Of a stretch of DNA of 64,000 nt, positions 46,124-55,892 are shown piece by piece. The notes under the pieces are model-generated. The model made no database searches. It was not told where the DNA came from and saw only the letters and a program-made list of their open reading frames with translations. The stretch is from positions 19,853-83,852 of the forward strand of contig JAGVWE010000007.1 in assembly GCA_018304425.1 (NCBI GenBank), written 5' to 3'. Source of the DNA: Candidatus Iainarchaeum sp. Its GTDB lineage: Archaea > Iainarchaeota > Iainarchaeia > Iainarchaeales > UBA10219. The translations under genes were made by a program, and so were the position numbers. Each line of letters starts with the position of its first letter. The stretch's first letter is position 1.

Positions 46124-46843
46124 TCAAGGCGCCCGGGCGCGCCGGAAACGCATGTTGGTTGGGCGCCTTCTACCCAGTTGCGTGGGCGCGGGCGCAAGCT
46201 GGGACCGCAGGAATTGCCGTTGCAGGCTTTGCGCAAGGCGCCGCGCCAGCGAGACCTCCTTGGCGGGAAACTTGGGCGGGCGAAGGTAGCCCCGCCAGCG
46301 CCAGGCCGTGAACCCAAGCTTGCCGGGTTTCGTCTGCTGCCAGCGATGGCGGAAGGCTTCGCCGCGCTTGTTCTGGCGCAGGAAATGGAGGTTGCCTTTT
46401 CCGTCCACGAAGAAAATGGGGTGATAGTTTGCCACGACGCCTGGATGCATCCAGTCCCTTGGATAGTGGCCCTCGAACTTCGTGTCCAGGATGCCGGCAT
46501 GGCCCATGATGTGGCTGGCGTGCGCATACGCTTCCTGGATTGCTTCCGCTACCTTCGTGCGGGTGTTGGCTGCAAACATTCCGGCTGTACTGGCCATGAA
46601 GAGAAGAGGGAACCCAGCCTCTGGTGGTACGCCCCCTCCAACCAGGCCACCGGTTACCCCAATGATGCTCGTGGCCCCCAGTTCGGCGATTCCACGCACG
46701 CGTCGTTGTGCCGGAATGTCCGTGATGAATTCCCTGAGGGCCGGGCTCAGGTGCTGGAAGGGCACGACCACTTCTTTCTGGTGCAGGAGGCGGTCAGGGT
46801 TCTGTTCAACCGGTTCCCTGGCCTTGCGCTTGAGCCACGCCAT
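46124..46843 (-). CDS. Hypothetical protein with Gly-rich hydrophobic hairpin and Arg-rich termini
   Basis: ATG at 46843; atypical codon use; no recognised motif. Confidence 0.55.
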   Translation of the reverse strand: MAWLKRKAREPVEQNPDRLLHQKEVVVPFQHLSPALREFITDIPAQRRVRGIAELGATSIIGVTGGLVGGGVPPEAGFPLLFMASTAGMFAANTRTKVAEAIQEAYAHASHIMGHAGILDTKFEGHYPRDWMHPGVVANYHPIFFVDGKGNLHFLRQNKRGEAFRHRWQQTKPGKLGFTAWRWRGYLRPPKFPAKEVSLARRLAQSLQRQFLRSQLAPAPTQLGRRRPTNMRFRRARAP

Positions 46844-46881
46844 GAAACAATACACGCTGGCGGACTTTATTAGGTTTGCGC

Positions 46882-47625
46882 TCAGGGAGGCTTGCCGGGG
46901 CGTTCCGATAGCGCGGCCTTCGGCCCTGGAAACTGGCCCACGCGCTTGAGCACCGAGTCGAAGACGCCGAGGAGGAGCCGGGCTTCCTTGCGTTCCAGGG
47001 GGGTTCTGGCGAGCAGGGCCTTGAACACGGCCAAAGCGTAGTCCTTGTTCCGGATTTTTTCCCCGCAATGAATGAGGTCCAGCCACTTTTGGATGAGTTC
47101 TTCCTTGACGCGCTTGCGCAGGAAACCCTTGTGCACCCGGGTGCCGCGCGCCAGCGCGGCCTCGTACAAGACGATGGCCACGGCGTGGGAGAGGTTGAGC
47201 GTGGGATAGGCGCGGTCAGCGGGAATGGTCAGGGTCAAATCGCATTGCTTGAGTTGCTCGTTGGTCAAGCCGATGCGCTCGCACCCGAACACGAAGCCGT
47301 ACACGCTGTCGGTTGTCCTGTGCCTGGCCATGAACGCGCGCACGGGCAACGGGCTGCGCAAAATCTGCATGCGGTCCTGGGTCTTCGCGCTCGTTGCAAC
47401 CGCGACGTCGACTCCTCGGAGGGCTTCCTGCAGGGAGTCCACGACCCTCGCTTTTTGGAGGACGGGAAAACCGTGCATGGCCCGCGCCTTGGCTTCGTCG
47501 CCGAGCGCGTCCGCTTTGGGGTTGACGAGCGTCAAGTCCTTGCAGCGGAAGTTCTTCATGGCCCGTGCCACGGCGCCGAGGTTGCCCGCGTTCTCGGGCT
47601 CCACGAGGATGACTCTGGCTTTCAA
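46882..47625 (-). CDS. trmJ: TrmJ/TrmH (SPOUT) RNA methyltransferase
   Basis: GNLGAVARAMKNF, VFGCERIGLTN, YPTLNLSHAV. Confidence 0.88.
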   Translation of the reverse strand: MKARVILVEPENAGNLGAVARAMKNFRCKDLTLVNPKADALGDEAKARAMHGFPVLQKARVVDSLQEALRGVDVAVATSAKTQDRMQILRSPLPVRAFMARHRTTDSVYGFVFGCERIGLTNEQLKQCDLTLTIPADRAYPTLNLSHAVAIVLYEAALARGTRVHKGFLRKRVKEELIQKWLDLIHCGEKIRNKDYALAVFKALLARTPLERKEARLLLGVFDSVLKRVGQFPGPKAALSERPGKPP

Positions 47626-47703
47626 GGCGTTCCCCCTTTCAAGGCGTTTCCCTTCCCTTAAATAGGCGTTAACTATATATTCGGGTAATCATTATTCTAA
47701 TGG

Positions 47704-49029
47704 ATGCAAAAGAATTTATTGCTTTTATTGGCCGCTATAAGCCTTTTCTCGCTGGTTTATGGGGTTGTTTCCTCGGGGGAAGCCGTCAAGTTCGTCACCG
47801 AGGAAAACCGGTTCCTGCACGACAACGAGGAAGCCAAGCAACCCAATTACCGGATTCTCCACGCCAAGGAACACTACTGGGTCATCCCCGTGGTCGTGGA
47901 CGAGGAGCCCACCACCTATTTCGCGGTCGGCACCGTCGAAAAAAAGCTGGTCGCGGACAAGTTCGTGAACCGTCAGCTCTTCAAGACCGCGGACGTGCTG
48001 CGGGAGTTCCTCCTCGAAAAGGAGCGCGCCTCCAAGAACCCGCAAGTGAAATGGATTGTCACGGGCAGCTATGCCCGCATCTTCGAGAGCCTGGCGCGGA
48101 TGCTGTCCGATGAGGCCTTCGAGTTGAACACCATTGCCTCGACCGCCAATGACCCCAAGGTCTCGGACGAGATTTCCTCGCTCAAGGCCTCGCTGGCCGT
48201 GATGAGCGACCTGGCGGAAAACGTGTCCGCGCAAATCGACGAGGCTGCTTCCTTTGAATCGGATTTCACCACCCAGCCGGACACCGCGAAAACCGATGAG
48301 TTCAAGAAAAAGTTTGACGCCGTGTTCGGCTACCTGTTCCAGCTTGAGGACAAGGCCCTGGAATACCGTTCCCGCGTCAGCGAGTTGAAGCGGCAAATTT
48401 CGGTTTCCGATGCGGAGGCCGACGCGAAGTCCTACATGATCAAGCTCGCCGAGCCCCCCCAGAACTTCAACGAGATAGGCAACATGGCGATTGCGGGCAC
48501 GGGGTTGAAGGACGTCGTGGACAAAATCTTCGTGCGCGTGAACTCGCGGCTGGACAACTTTCTCAACGAGTTCGGGGTGCGCCAGGAGATGAGCAAGGCC
48601 TATCTCCTGCTGTACGGTGCGAGCCCCGAGGCGGCCAAGCTCGGCAACTACAAGGACCTGCGTTCGGCGGTAAACTACGTGTTAACGCCCGAGAACAAGG
48701 CGGTTTGGGCGGACCAGGCCGGGGTCCTCAAACTCGAGGAAAACTGGCGGAACGCCGAAAACGCGTACAAGAAAGGCGACTACGTGAAGGCCCAAATCTA
48801 TGCCGGGGAGGCAGTCAAGCTCATCAAGGGCATCCAGAAGAAGGGCGTGCTCGTGGTCCAGCAGCCGCCCCTGCTCAGCGACCAGTTGCTGCAGCAAGCC
48901 ATCATGGCCTTGGCTGGCCTGCTGGTCCTCGTCTTCCTGTTGAAAAACCGTGAAAAGATCGGGGGCTTTTTCAGGCCCGAGCAAAACCAGTCCGGGGAAA
49001 GGCTTGAACTGGGGTGGAAGAATGAATAA
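47704..49029 (+). CDS. Exported coiled-coil protein with C-terminal TM anchor
   Basis: Signal peptide, long helical body, C-terminal TM. Confidence 0.75.
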   Translation: MQKNLLLLLAAISLFSLVYGVVSSGEAVKFVTEENRFLHDNEEAKQPNYRILHAKEHYWVIPVVVDEEPTTYFAVGTVEKKLVADKFVNRQLFKTADVLREFLLEKERASKNPQVKWIVTGSYARIFESLARMLSDEAFELNTIASTANDPKVSDEISSLKASLAVMSDLAENVSAQIDEAASFESDFTTQPDTAKTDEFKKKFDAVFGYLFQLEDKALEYRSRVSELKRQISVSDAEADAKSYMIKLAEPPQNFNEIGNMAIAGTGLKDVVDKIFVRVNSRLDNFLNEFGVRQEMSKAYLLLYGASPEAAKLGNYKDLRSAVNYVLTPENKAVWADQAGVLKLEENWRNAENAYKKGDYVKAQIYAGEAVKLIKGIQKKGVLVVQQPPLLSDQLLQQAIMALAGLLVLVFLLKNREKIGGFFRPEQNQSGERLELGWKNE

Positions 49030-50020
49030 GGCCCTGGGCCTGCTGGCCTTGTTGGCCTTGCTGGTCGCTGCCGTAGGCCCAGCCGTTGCCGCGGTGCCGG
49101 CCGTGGTCATCGAACCAAAGTCCGGCGCGGATTTCGTGACCCTCTATCCCTTGGAAGTCAGTGACTTCGTGGTCAACGTCGAAAACAACGAGCAGCGGCC
49201 CGTGGAAGGCCTCTCGTTCATGGTGTCAACCGGCCCCGAACTCGTGTTGACCTTGGACGGCAAGGAGTTGCGGGACAAAAACTTTTTCGTGCCCCGACTT
49301 GAATCCGGTGAACGGAAGTCCTTTGAAGTCCGGGTGAAAGCCGTTTCCCCCGCCGACAAGGCCTTGTTGCGCGTGAATTACGGCGTGGAAAGGTACACGC
49401 ACTCGGTTTCCACTTTCGTGGAAGTGCAGCCCAACCCATTGATGGTGAACGCGCGGCTGGGCAAGTCCGTGGTGGGCCCGGGCGAGGAGACCAGCGTCTT
49501 CCTGGACCTGGTCAACAACGGGAAGCAGGTGCTGTCCGGCGTGCAAGCCGAACTCGGCCTGCCGGAAGGGTTTTCCGCGTCCAACCGCTCGTATGCCTTG
49601 CAGGACCTGAACCCAGCCCAATCCGTGCTTAACCGGGAGTTCAAGGTCAGGGCCGGGGAGGATGCCTTGGGCGTGAAGACCCTGGTCGTGCGCGTCGACT
49701 ACGCGGATGAACGGGGCATGCATTCCCTCGAAAAATCCTTTGAAATCGTGGTCGAGCAACGCGACAAATACCTCTTGATGTTCCTCGCCGTCCTCTTCGT
49801 CTTCGCCGTCCTCAGCCTCATCTTCCAGGGCAGGGAAAAACGGCACAAAATCGTAGCACATGGCGGACAGGCTCCGGGCGCGCACCCCGCCGGGCACGGC
49901 GTCCACGCGGAAGCCCACGACGCCCATGCAGGGGCAGGCGAGCACGCGAGCCACGCCCCAATCAAGCGGAAGAAAATCCTGCCCCACCAGAAACCGTTCC
50001 AGGAAAAGCGGAAAAGGTAA
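49022..50020 (+). CDS. S-layer-like/CARDB Ig-fold membrane protein with His-rich cytoplasmic tail
   Basis: Signal peptide, two Ig-like units (VENNEQ, LVNNGK), TM, His/Ala/Gly tail. Confidence 0.75.
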   Translation: MNKALGLLALLALLVAAVGPAVAAVPAVVIEPKSGADFVTLYPLEVSDFVVNVENNEQRPVEGLSFMVSTGPELVLTLDGKELRDKNFFVPRLESGERKSFEVRVKAVSPADKALLRVNYGVERYTHSVSTFVEVQPNPLMVNARLGKSVVGPGEETSVFLDLVNNGKQVLSGVQAELGLPEGFSASNRSYALQDLNPAQSVLNREFKVRAGEDALGVKTLVVRVDYADERGMHSLEKSFEIVVEQRDKYLLMFLAVLFVFAVLSLIFQGREKRHKIVAHGGQAPGAHPAGHGVHAEAHDAHAGAGEHASHAPIKRKKILPHQKPFQEKRKR

Positions 50021-50022
50021 GC

Positions 50023-50700
50023 CTATTTTTTCCGGAAGACGAAAACCAGGGTCTCGCGCGCGTACGTTTTTCCGTGCATGCGCCCCCTCTTTCGGCGCTT
50101 CGCGAATTTCTCGAGCTTGAACGTCTTGTCGAATTCCCTGAGGACGTCGGCGCGCGAGAACAGCGCGGAGCCCACGCCCGTGAACGGGTCCATGACTTGG
50201 TTGCCGTGCTTTCGCGGGAGCCTTCCATAAAAACCATCCTCTTTCGAGGCCAGTGAGAGCGCGTACACGGCTCCGGGCTTGAGGACGCGGCAGAGCTCGG
50301 TGCGGTATTTCCGGCGTGCGCTGGCCTTGGCCTGGTGCTTGTAACAGTAGATGTCCACGGCGTAGTCGAAAAACCCGTCGGGGTAGGGCCACTTTCGGGT
50401 CACATCTCCCACGCGGGCAACGATTTTGCCCTTGCGCTTTCGTTTTTTGGCGTGGGCCTTGATTTCTTGGATAAGTTCGGGTACGAAGTCCACTGCGTGG
50501 GCTTCAAACCCCTTGGAGGCCAGGTAAAAGGAGTTGCGGCCGCGCCCACAGCCCAGGTCGAGGGACCGCAAACCCCTGTAATCCCTGGTTTTAAGGGCTT
50601 TCAAGCCCAGGGGCACGAGGGAGCTGGGCCGCGTCTTGTATGAGGAGGGGATGCCCTTGCGGGCGTACTCCTGCTGCCACTGTCTAGGCGTGGATTTCAA
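50023..50700 (-). CDS. Class I SAM-dependent methyltransferase
   Basis: TTG start at 50700 assumed; LDLGCGRGRN, RVLKPG. Confidence 0.85.
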   Translation of the reverse strand: MKSTPRQWQQEYARKGIPSSYKTRPSSLVPLGLKALKTRDYRGLRSLDLGCGRGRNSFYLASKGFEAHAVDFVPELIQEIKAHAKKRKRKGKIVARVGDVTRKWPYPDGFFDYAVDIYCYKHQAKASARRKYRTELCRVLKPGAVYALSLASKEDGFYGRLPRKHGNQVMDPFTGVGSALFSRADVLREFDKTFKLEKFAKRRKRGRMHGKTYARETLVFVFRKK

Positions 50701-51754
50701 GGATGTCACCGTTTTGCAGCTCGTAGTCATTCGCCACCCGCATGCCGGGGAACTTCGCGGAGCCCCACACCCGCACGAAGCGGAGGTTTTGCGCGAGTTC
50801 CTTGTGCAGCTGGTTCGCGACATCCTGCACCGTGCTGCCATGCTTCATGCCCATGGGCGTGCTAAGGTCGGCCTCCGCGCCCGGCTTCTTGGTGTAGATG
50901 AGGATCATGTCGATGGCTTCGAAGACCTTTTCCCGCAGCTTTTCGTAGTCCGTGTCCTGGTAGGTGTTGAACACGAAGGCCTTCTTGTACATCAGCCGGT
51001 CGTCGATGGCCTTTGCAAGCTGTGCAAGGCTCGTCAGGGGCTCGTTGAGGATGACCTCGGAGTTGGCGTAGCCGGCCGACCGCAGGAAGCCCTGGACCTG
51101 TTCGAAAGGGATTTTCAGGAACTGCTTGCCTGCGATGGTGATTCCCGCGAACTGGGAGTGCTTGACTTCGACGTCGGGCTTGGACTCGTTGAGGAGGATG
51201 TGGGCCTTTTCCAGTTCCCGCCGCACGAGGGCCTCCTCTTCCGGGACGGTAGCGCAGATGATGACGGCGTCCGCGTTCCGGACAATGGACAGCAGCTGGA
51301 TGCCGTTCGCCTTCCCCTCCGCCGAGCCTTCGACGAGTGCGGGAATTTCCACCAGCTGCACCCAGGAACCCTTGTAGGGCATCATGCCCACGGTCGGTTC
51401 CTTCGTGGTGAACGGATAAGGGGCCACTTCGACTTCCGCCTTGGTCAGGTTCTTGAGCAGCGTGCTCTTCCCGGTGTTGGGAGTTCCGACGAGACAGACC
51501 TGGGCCAGGCCCTCCTTCTTGACGTTGATGCTGGCCTTTCCCGAGGTCTTCTTGGCCTGCTCCTTCTGCTGTTCTATCTGCGCCTTGACTTGCGCGATTT
51601 TCCGCGTGAGTTCCCGGAGGAGGTTCTCCGTGCCCTTGTGCTTGGGGGCAGCGGTCTTCATCTCCTGGAGGGCCACGAGCTTGTCCATCAGGGTGGTGGC
51701 TTCGTCGTACTTCTGCTGGGCTTTGAAGTACTCGGGGCCTGCATTGACCGGCAT
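50684..51754 (-). CDS. DRG/OBG family GTPase with TGS domain
   Basis: PKHKGTE, GTPNTGKS, PYPFTT, C-terminal TGS; G3/G4 atypical. Confidence 0.88.
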   Translation of the reverse strand: MPVNAGPEYFKAQQKYDEATTLMDKLVALQEMKTAAPKHKGTENLLRELTRKIAQVKAQIEQQKEQAKKTSGKASINVKKEGLAQVCLVGTPNTGKSTLLKNLTKAEVEVAPYPFTTKEPTVGMMPYKGSWVQLVEIPALVEGSAEGKANGIQLLSIVRNADAVIICATVPEEEALVRRELEKAHILLNESKPDVEVKHSQFAGITIAGKQFLKIPFEQVQGFLRSAGYANSEVILNEPLTSLAQLAKAIDDRLMYKKAFVFNTYQDTDYEKLREKVFEAIDMILIYTKKPGAEADLSTPMGMKHGSTVQDVANQLHKELAQNLRFVRVWGSAKFPGMRVANDYELQNGDILEIHA

Positions 51755-51812
51755 AGGCAGGATTGGGAGAAAAAAGGGATATAAACTAAAGCCCTTCGCC
51801 TCCAACAAGGGT

Positions 51813-52178
51813 ATGCTGTTGGCGCTCAGGCTCAACGACTACCTCGCCTTGTTGGCCGTCAACTTCCTGGTGAACGCGTTTTTCGTCTATTACGCGGCCC
51901 AATGGACCGGAATCCGGGGCAACTCGTATGCCAAGGCCCTGACCGTGGCGGCCCTTTCCACGCTCTCCCTGGCCGTCGTGGACTTCCTGTTCTTCGAGAA
52001 AATCGCGTACGGCTGGCTGTCCTTCGCGGCCTCCCTGCTTGCCTCCCTGTTCGCCATCGCCTACGTCTACCAAATCAAGGTCGAACAGGCCCTCGTCGTG
52101 TGGCTGGTCACCGGTTTCTTCGCCGGCGTCGCCACCTACTTCTTTGGGCTGGCCGGCCACGTCACGCCCAGCACGTAA
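51813..52178 (+). CDS. 4-TM membrane protein
   Basis: ATG 51813; four hydrophobic helices. Confidence 0.7.
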   Translation: MLLALRLNDYLALLAVNFLVNAFFVYYAAQWTGIRGNSYAKALTVAALSTLSLAVVDFLFFEKIAYGWLSFAASLLASLFAIAYVYQIKVEQALVVWLVTGFFAGVATYFFGLAGHVTPST

Positions 52179-52235
52179 ACCCCCGGCAAAGGCAAAACCA
52201 TAGGTTTTTATAGAAGTCTGCATAATCTGATTAGT

Positions 52236-52496
52236 ATGAATAAGATGAAAACCGTGCAATTGGGTGCCCGGGGCCAACTCGTCATCCCCCAGGAGTTCCG
52301 CAAGGACTTGGACCTTAGGGAGGGCGAGACCCTGGTGCTGTTCGAGGTAGCGAATAAACTGGTCCTCAGAAAGCAGGATGCCGTGCTTGAAGCGCTTGAA
52401 GACGACTTGAAGGATTGGTGGAAGGTTTCCATTCCGACCCTCAACAAAGTTTGGGAAGACGAGCCCGAAGGCCTGTGGGAAAAATACTTGAAGTGA
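52236..52496 (+). CDS. mazE: AbrB/MazE antitoxin
   Basis: GARGQLVIPQEFRKDLDL. Confidence 0.85.
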   Translation: MNKMKTVQLGARGQLVIPQEFRKDLDLREGETLVLFEVANKLVLRKQDAVLEALEDDLKDWWKVSIPTLNKVWEDEPEGLWEKYLK

Positions 52497-52500
52497 TGGC

Positions 52501-52827
52501 GTGAAGCAAGGCGACGTTGTTTTGGTCCGTTACCCCTACACGAACCTCGTTGATTACAAGATTCGGCCCGCCGTCATCGTTTCCAACGAAACGTTCAACA
52601 AAGCGCACTCCTCCTTTCTCGCCTGCCCCATTACCTCGAAGCCGACGCTTCCCGAGTATTGCCTTGAGTTGACGCCGGAAAACTTCCATGGGAAACTGGA
52701 AACAAGGAGTTTCGTGCGCACGGACAGCATGGCCGCCGTCGAGAAAGAATTGTGCTTGAAGGAAATAGGGTTCGTCGAGCCCGCCTTCCTGAAAGCCCTC
52801 GTCGAAAAAATCGCCAAAAACTTCTGA
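52501..52827 (+). CDS. mazF: MazF/PemK toxin
   Basis: QGDVVLVRYPY, KIRPAVIVS, CPITS. Confidence 0.88.
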   Translation: MKQGDVVLVRYPYTNLVDYKIRPAVIVSNETFNKAHSSFLACPITSKPTLPEYCLELTPENFHGKLETRSFVRTDSMAAVEKELCLKEIGFVEPAFLKALVEKIAKNF

Positions 52828-52831
52828 TTGC

Positions 52832-53419
52832 TCACGCCCAGCACCTGAACACGAACAATTCCTCGAACGAGACCTTCTTGTGTGCGGCCATTTCATGCCG
52901 GATGCCGAGCCGTCCCAGCATTTCCCCGGTTTTTTCGGCGCCATTCAAATCGTTTTGCAGGAAGTACGCACTGCCGCCAGGCGCCAGAAAAAACTTGAAC
53001 TGTTCCAGGAACTCGTCAAGGAACTGCCTGCCCTCAACCCCGCCGTCCACGGCCAGGTCCTCGATGCCCTCGCTGGGGAGGTAGGGCGGGTTGAAGACGA
53101 TGACGTCGAACCGCTCCCCTTCCGGGATTTCCTCGAACAACTCGGATTCCCGCACCACCAGCTTGGCCTTGAGCTTCAAGCGCTCGAAGTTCAGCCGCGC
53201 GTTCTCCAACGCCTTCGGGTTCACGTCCACGGCCCAGACCTCGCGCGCCCCCGCCAACGCGGCGTTCACGGCTTGTATCCCGGAACCGGTGCCCATGTCC
53301 AGCACCCTGTTGCCGGGCTTCACGTCCACGGCTTCCGCCAGCAAATAGGAGTCCTCACGCGGCTCATACACGCCTTCTAACACCGCAAGCTCCACGTCCT
53401 TGAAGAAGGCCTTGCGCAT
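52832..53419 (-). CDS. HemK2/PrmC-like protein-glutamine methyltransferase
   Basis: VYEPREDSYLL, LDMGTGSG, FNPPY. Confidence 0.9.
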   Translation of the reverse strand: MRKAFFKDVELAVLEGVYEPREDSYLLAEAVDVKPGNRVLDMGTGSGIQAVNAALAGAREVWAVDVNPKALENARLNFERLKLKAKLVVRESELFEEIPEGERFDVIVFNPPYLPSEGIEDLAVDGGVEGRQFLDEFLEQFKFFLAPGGSAYFLQNDLNGAEKTGEMLGRLGIRHEMAAHKKVSFEELFVFRCWA

Positions 53420-53742
53420 CAGTGTCCTCCGTGCCCGCCGCCGTCATGGCCGGCTCCATGGGAGCCGTGGGTGTCATGACCGGCTGCCGGGGCTCCATGG
53501 CCTCCGCCATGACCGGCCCCCCTATGGGCCGCTTCCCGGGGCGCGGCCGGGGCATTCGCGGTCTTCTCCTGCCAGGATGCGGTGAAGAGGTCAAAGGCCA
53601 GGGCCAGGAACAGGATGCCCAGCACGGGAGCCAGCACCTGCAAGCCCATTTGCTGCACGGCGTTGTTGGAGACCGCGTAGTAGAAGGCAAGCAAGGCCAG
53701 TGGAAAAAAAACGATTGCCTTGGACCAGGCCTCTAACGCCAT
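53419..53742 (-). CDS. Small membrane protein with His/Gly-rich tail
   Basis: Two TM helices then GHGGGHG...GHGGH. Confidence 0.7.
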   Translation of the reverse strand: MALEAWSKAIVFFPLALLAFYYAVSNNAVQQMGLQVLAPVLGILFLALAFDLFTASWQEKTANAPAAPREAAHRGAGHGGGHGAPAAGHDTHGSHGAGHDGGGHGGH

Positions 53743-53748
53743 TTTCCC

Positions 53749-54921
53749 TCATCCCTCGCCTTGCCGGAGGTCCTTGCAGGCCGGGTGGTCGGGCAGGACC
53801 TCGCACACGCCTTGCTCGAGGTCGGCCACGTGCACCACGTACTTGCAGTCCACGACCGCCAACGGCGTGGACCGGACGTTGTAGGCCAGGCTCCGGCTGA
53901 ACGACTTGTCGAACTCGCTTTTCGCGGTCGGCGCGCATTCCTCCAAGAGGTTCATGTCCAGGCCGGCTTTTTGGGCCAGCTTGTCGAGTTCTTCCTTTGA
54001 AAGCGGCTGCCCCAGCTTGGACGAGGACTGGCAGGCATACATTTCGGGAACCGTTGCAACCCCGTCATTCGTGATGTCGCACAATTTGTTGACGAGCTGC
54101 TGGTCCAGTTCGTTGATTTTGCCCTGCAACTGCGAGCAGGCCAGGTAACGCGCGGCGCGCTCGGCTTCCTCCGCCCCGTACTGGTCAACCAGTTTCCGGG
54201 AGTCCGTGGGGATGTACGAGTAAATGAATTCAACCTGGTCGCCGAATTTCTTCCTCGCTTCGTTGAGGTTGATGCGGTTCATGACGCAGGTGGGGCAGTA
54301 GGGGTCGTCGAAGACGAAGACGCGCGGCTTTTGCTCGACAAGGCAGCTCTCGTCGTTGGGCTGGAGGAAGTACTTGGGGTGCGTGGCCTTGTCCAGGTCT
54401 GGTTCAACGACGAGGTAGCGGTCCCCCTTCTGGTCGAAGAACCGCTCGAAGTTGTCCCTGACTTCCTTGTGCTGCCGGATGTCCTCCGACTTGACGAGGA
54501 TGATGGGCACTTCTTTGACGTTGTACTCCGCTGTCACTTGCTTGCCGCGCTCGCTTTCCGCGTCCACTTTTTCCAGGTCATACTTGATGCCTTTCTCGTC
54601 CAGGAACTCCAGCATGGTGTGCGAGTCCGAGCAGATGGCGCACTTGCTGGAATAAAGCAGGATGACGTCCACTGACCGGATGGGGCCCTGGGACTCGCTG
54701 GGCTTGGGCTGCGTCGAGCCAAAGCCGGGCACGACTTCGAGGCCTTGCTGGGGCTGGGTGACCAGCCGCACCATGTAACCGAAGGCCAGCGCACCCACAA
54801 TCAGGAGCGCGACCAGGTGCAAGGGCAGCCCATTTTCGGTCTTTCCCTTGCCGGTCCCCGGGCTCTTCGCCTCCGCCTTGGCGCCTGCCTGGGCTTTCAC
54901 GGGTTTCTTCTTCGCTGCCAT
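53749..54921 (-). CDS. Membrane-anchored thioredoxin/DsbA-like protein
   Basis: TM anchor, CAIC and CPTC motifs, STP cis-Pro loop. Confidence 0.75.
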   Translation of the reverse strand: MAAKKKPVKAQAGAKAEAKSPGTGKGKTENGLPLHLVALLIVGALAFGYMVRLVTQPQQGLEVVPGFGSTQPKPSESQGPIRSVDVILLYSSKCAICSDSHTMLEFLDEKGIKYDLEKVDAESERGKQVTAEYNVKEVPIILVKSEDIRQHKEVRDNFERFFDQKGDRYLVVEPDLDKATHPKYFLQPNDESCLVEQKPRVFVFDDPYCPTCVMNRINLNEARKKFGDQVEFIYSYIPTDSRKLVDQYGAEEAERAARYLACSQLQGKINELDQQLVNKLCDITNDGVATVPEMYACQSSSKLGQPLSKEELDKLAQKAGLDMNLLEECAPTAKSEFDKSFSRSLAYNVRSTPLAVVDCKYVVHVADLEQGVCEVLPDHPACKDLRQGEG

Positions 54922-55017
54922 CCAAAAACCATTCCATCCATTCGTGTCGAATCAAACAATATACTCATTAAATCAACTGAAACCTTTAATAACATTCAGT
55001 TTTCCGAAGGCAAAACC

Positions 55018-55785
55018 ATGTTCGTGGACTCCCACTGCCACTTGGACCAGGTGCAAGGCCTTGAAGCCCTGGCTTTGCGGGCCCAGGAGGCCGGCGTGGC
55101 CCGGATGGTGTCCTGCGCGACTTCCCTGGCCTCCATGGAAGCCCACCTGGCGCGGTTCAAGGCCCCTGGACCGGTTCTCCCTGCCCTGGGCTTGCATCCC
55201 GCGGACCTCGTGGCCTTGGACGATGGAGAAGCCGGTCGGAGCCTGGCCTTCCTGGAAGCCCACCTCCCGGAAGCCGTTGCCGTCGGCGAAGTCGGCTTGG
55301 ACTACAAGTACGCGGTTTCAACCGCGCAACGCGCCCGGCAAAACGCGTTTTTTTCCCGGTTCCTCGCGCTCGCCAAAAAGCACGACAAGCCCTTGAACGT
55401 GCACTCGCGGCGCGCCGAGCGGCCGGTGCTGGAACAGCTCATCGCCGAGGGCGCGCAACGCGTGCTCCTACACTGGTTCACGGGCTCCAGCAAGCTCTGC
55501 AAGCTCGCGGCCGCGCAGCAGGGCTACTTCGTCTCCTGTGGGCCCACCCTGCTCACCAACGAGCTCACGCAAGGGGTTGTGAAGGGCATCCCGCTAGAGA
55601 ACCTCCTCCTCGAAACCGATGCCCCGGTGCCCTACTCCCTGCCCGACGCCGCGGCCCCCGAGGCCTCGGAGCCCGCTTGGATTCCCAGGGTGGCCGCGAA
55701 AGTGGCCGAACTCCATGGCCTCTCCCTCAAGGAAGTCGAGCGGCAGACTTGGAAGAATGCGAAAAGCCTGTGGGGGTTCCGCTGA
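55018..55785 (+). CDS. tatD: TatD family hydrolase
   Basis: VDSHCHL, GLHP, GEVGLDY, VHSR, LETDAP. Confidence 0.92.
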   Translation: MFVDSHCHLDQVQGLEALALRAQEAGVARMVSCATSLASMEAHLARFKAPGPVLPALGLHPADLVALDDGEAGRSLAFLEAHLPEAVAVGEVGLDYKYAVSTAQRARQNAFFSRFLALAKKHDKPLNVHSRRAERPVLEQLIAEGAQRVLLHWFTGSSKLCKLAAAQQGYFVSCGPTLLTNELTQGVVKGIPLENLLLETDAPVPYSLPDAAAPEASEPAWIPRVAAKVAELHGLSLKEVERQTWKNAKSLWGFR

Positions 55786-55892
55786 CCCTGCCAGCGGGCG
55801 GTAGGCTTTTAAACCTGAACCGCGTTAATGGATTTACTTACACCAATTCTTTTGCTTTTTTGGGGTAGACGGGTGGGCTTGAGGGTGAGTTA

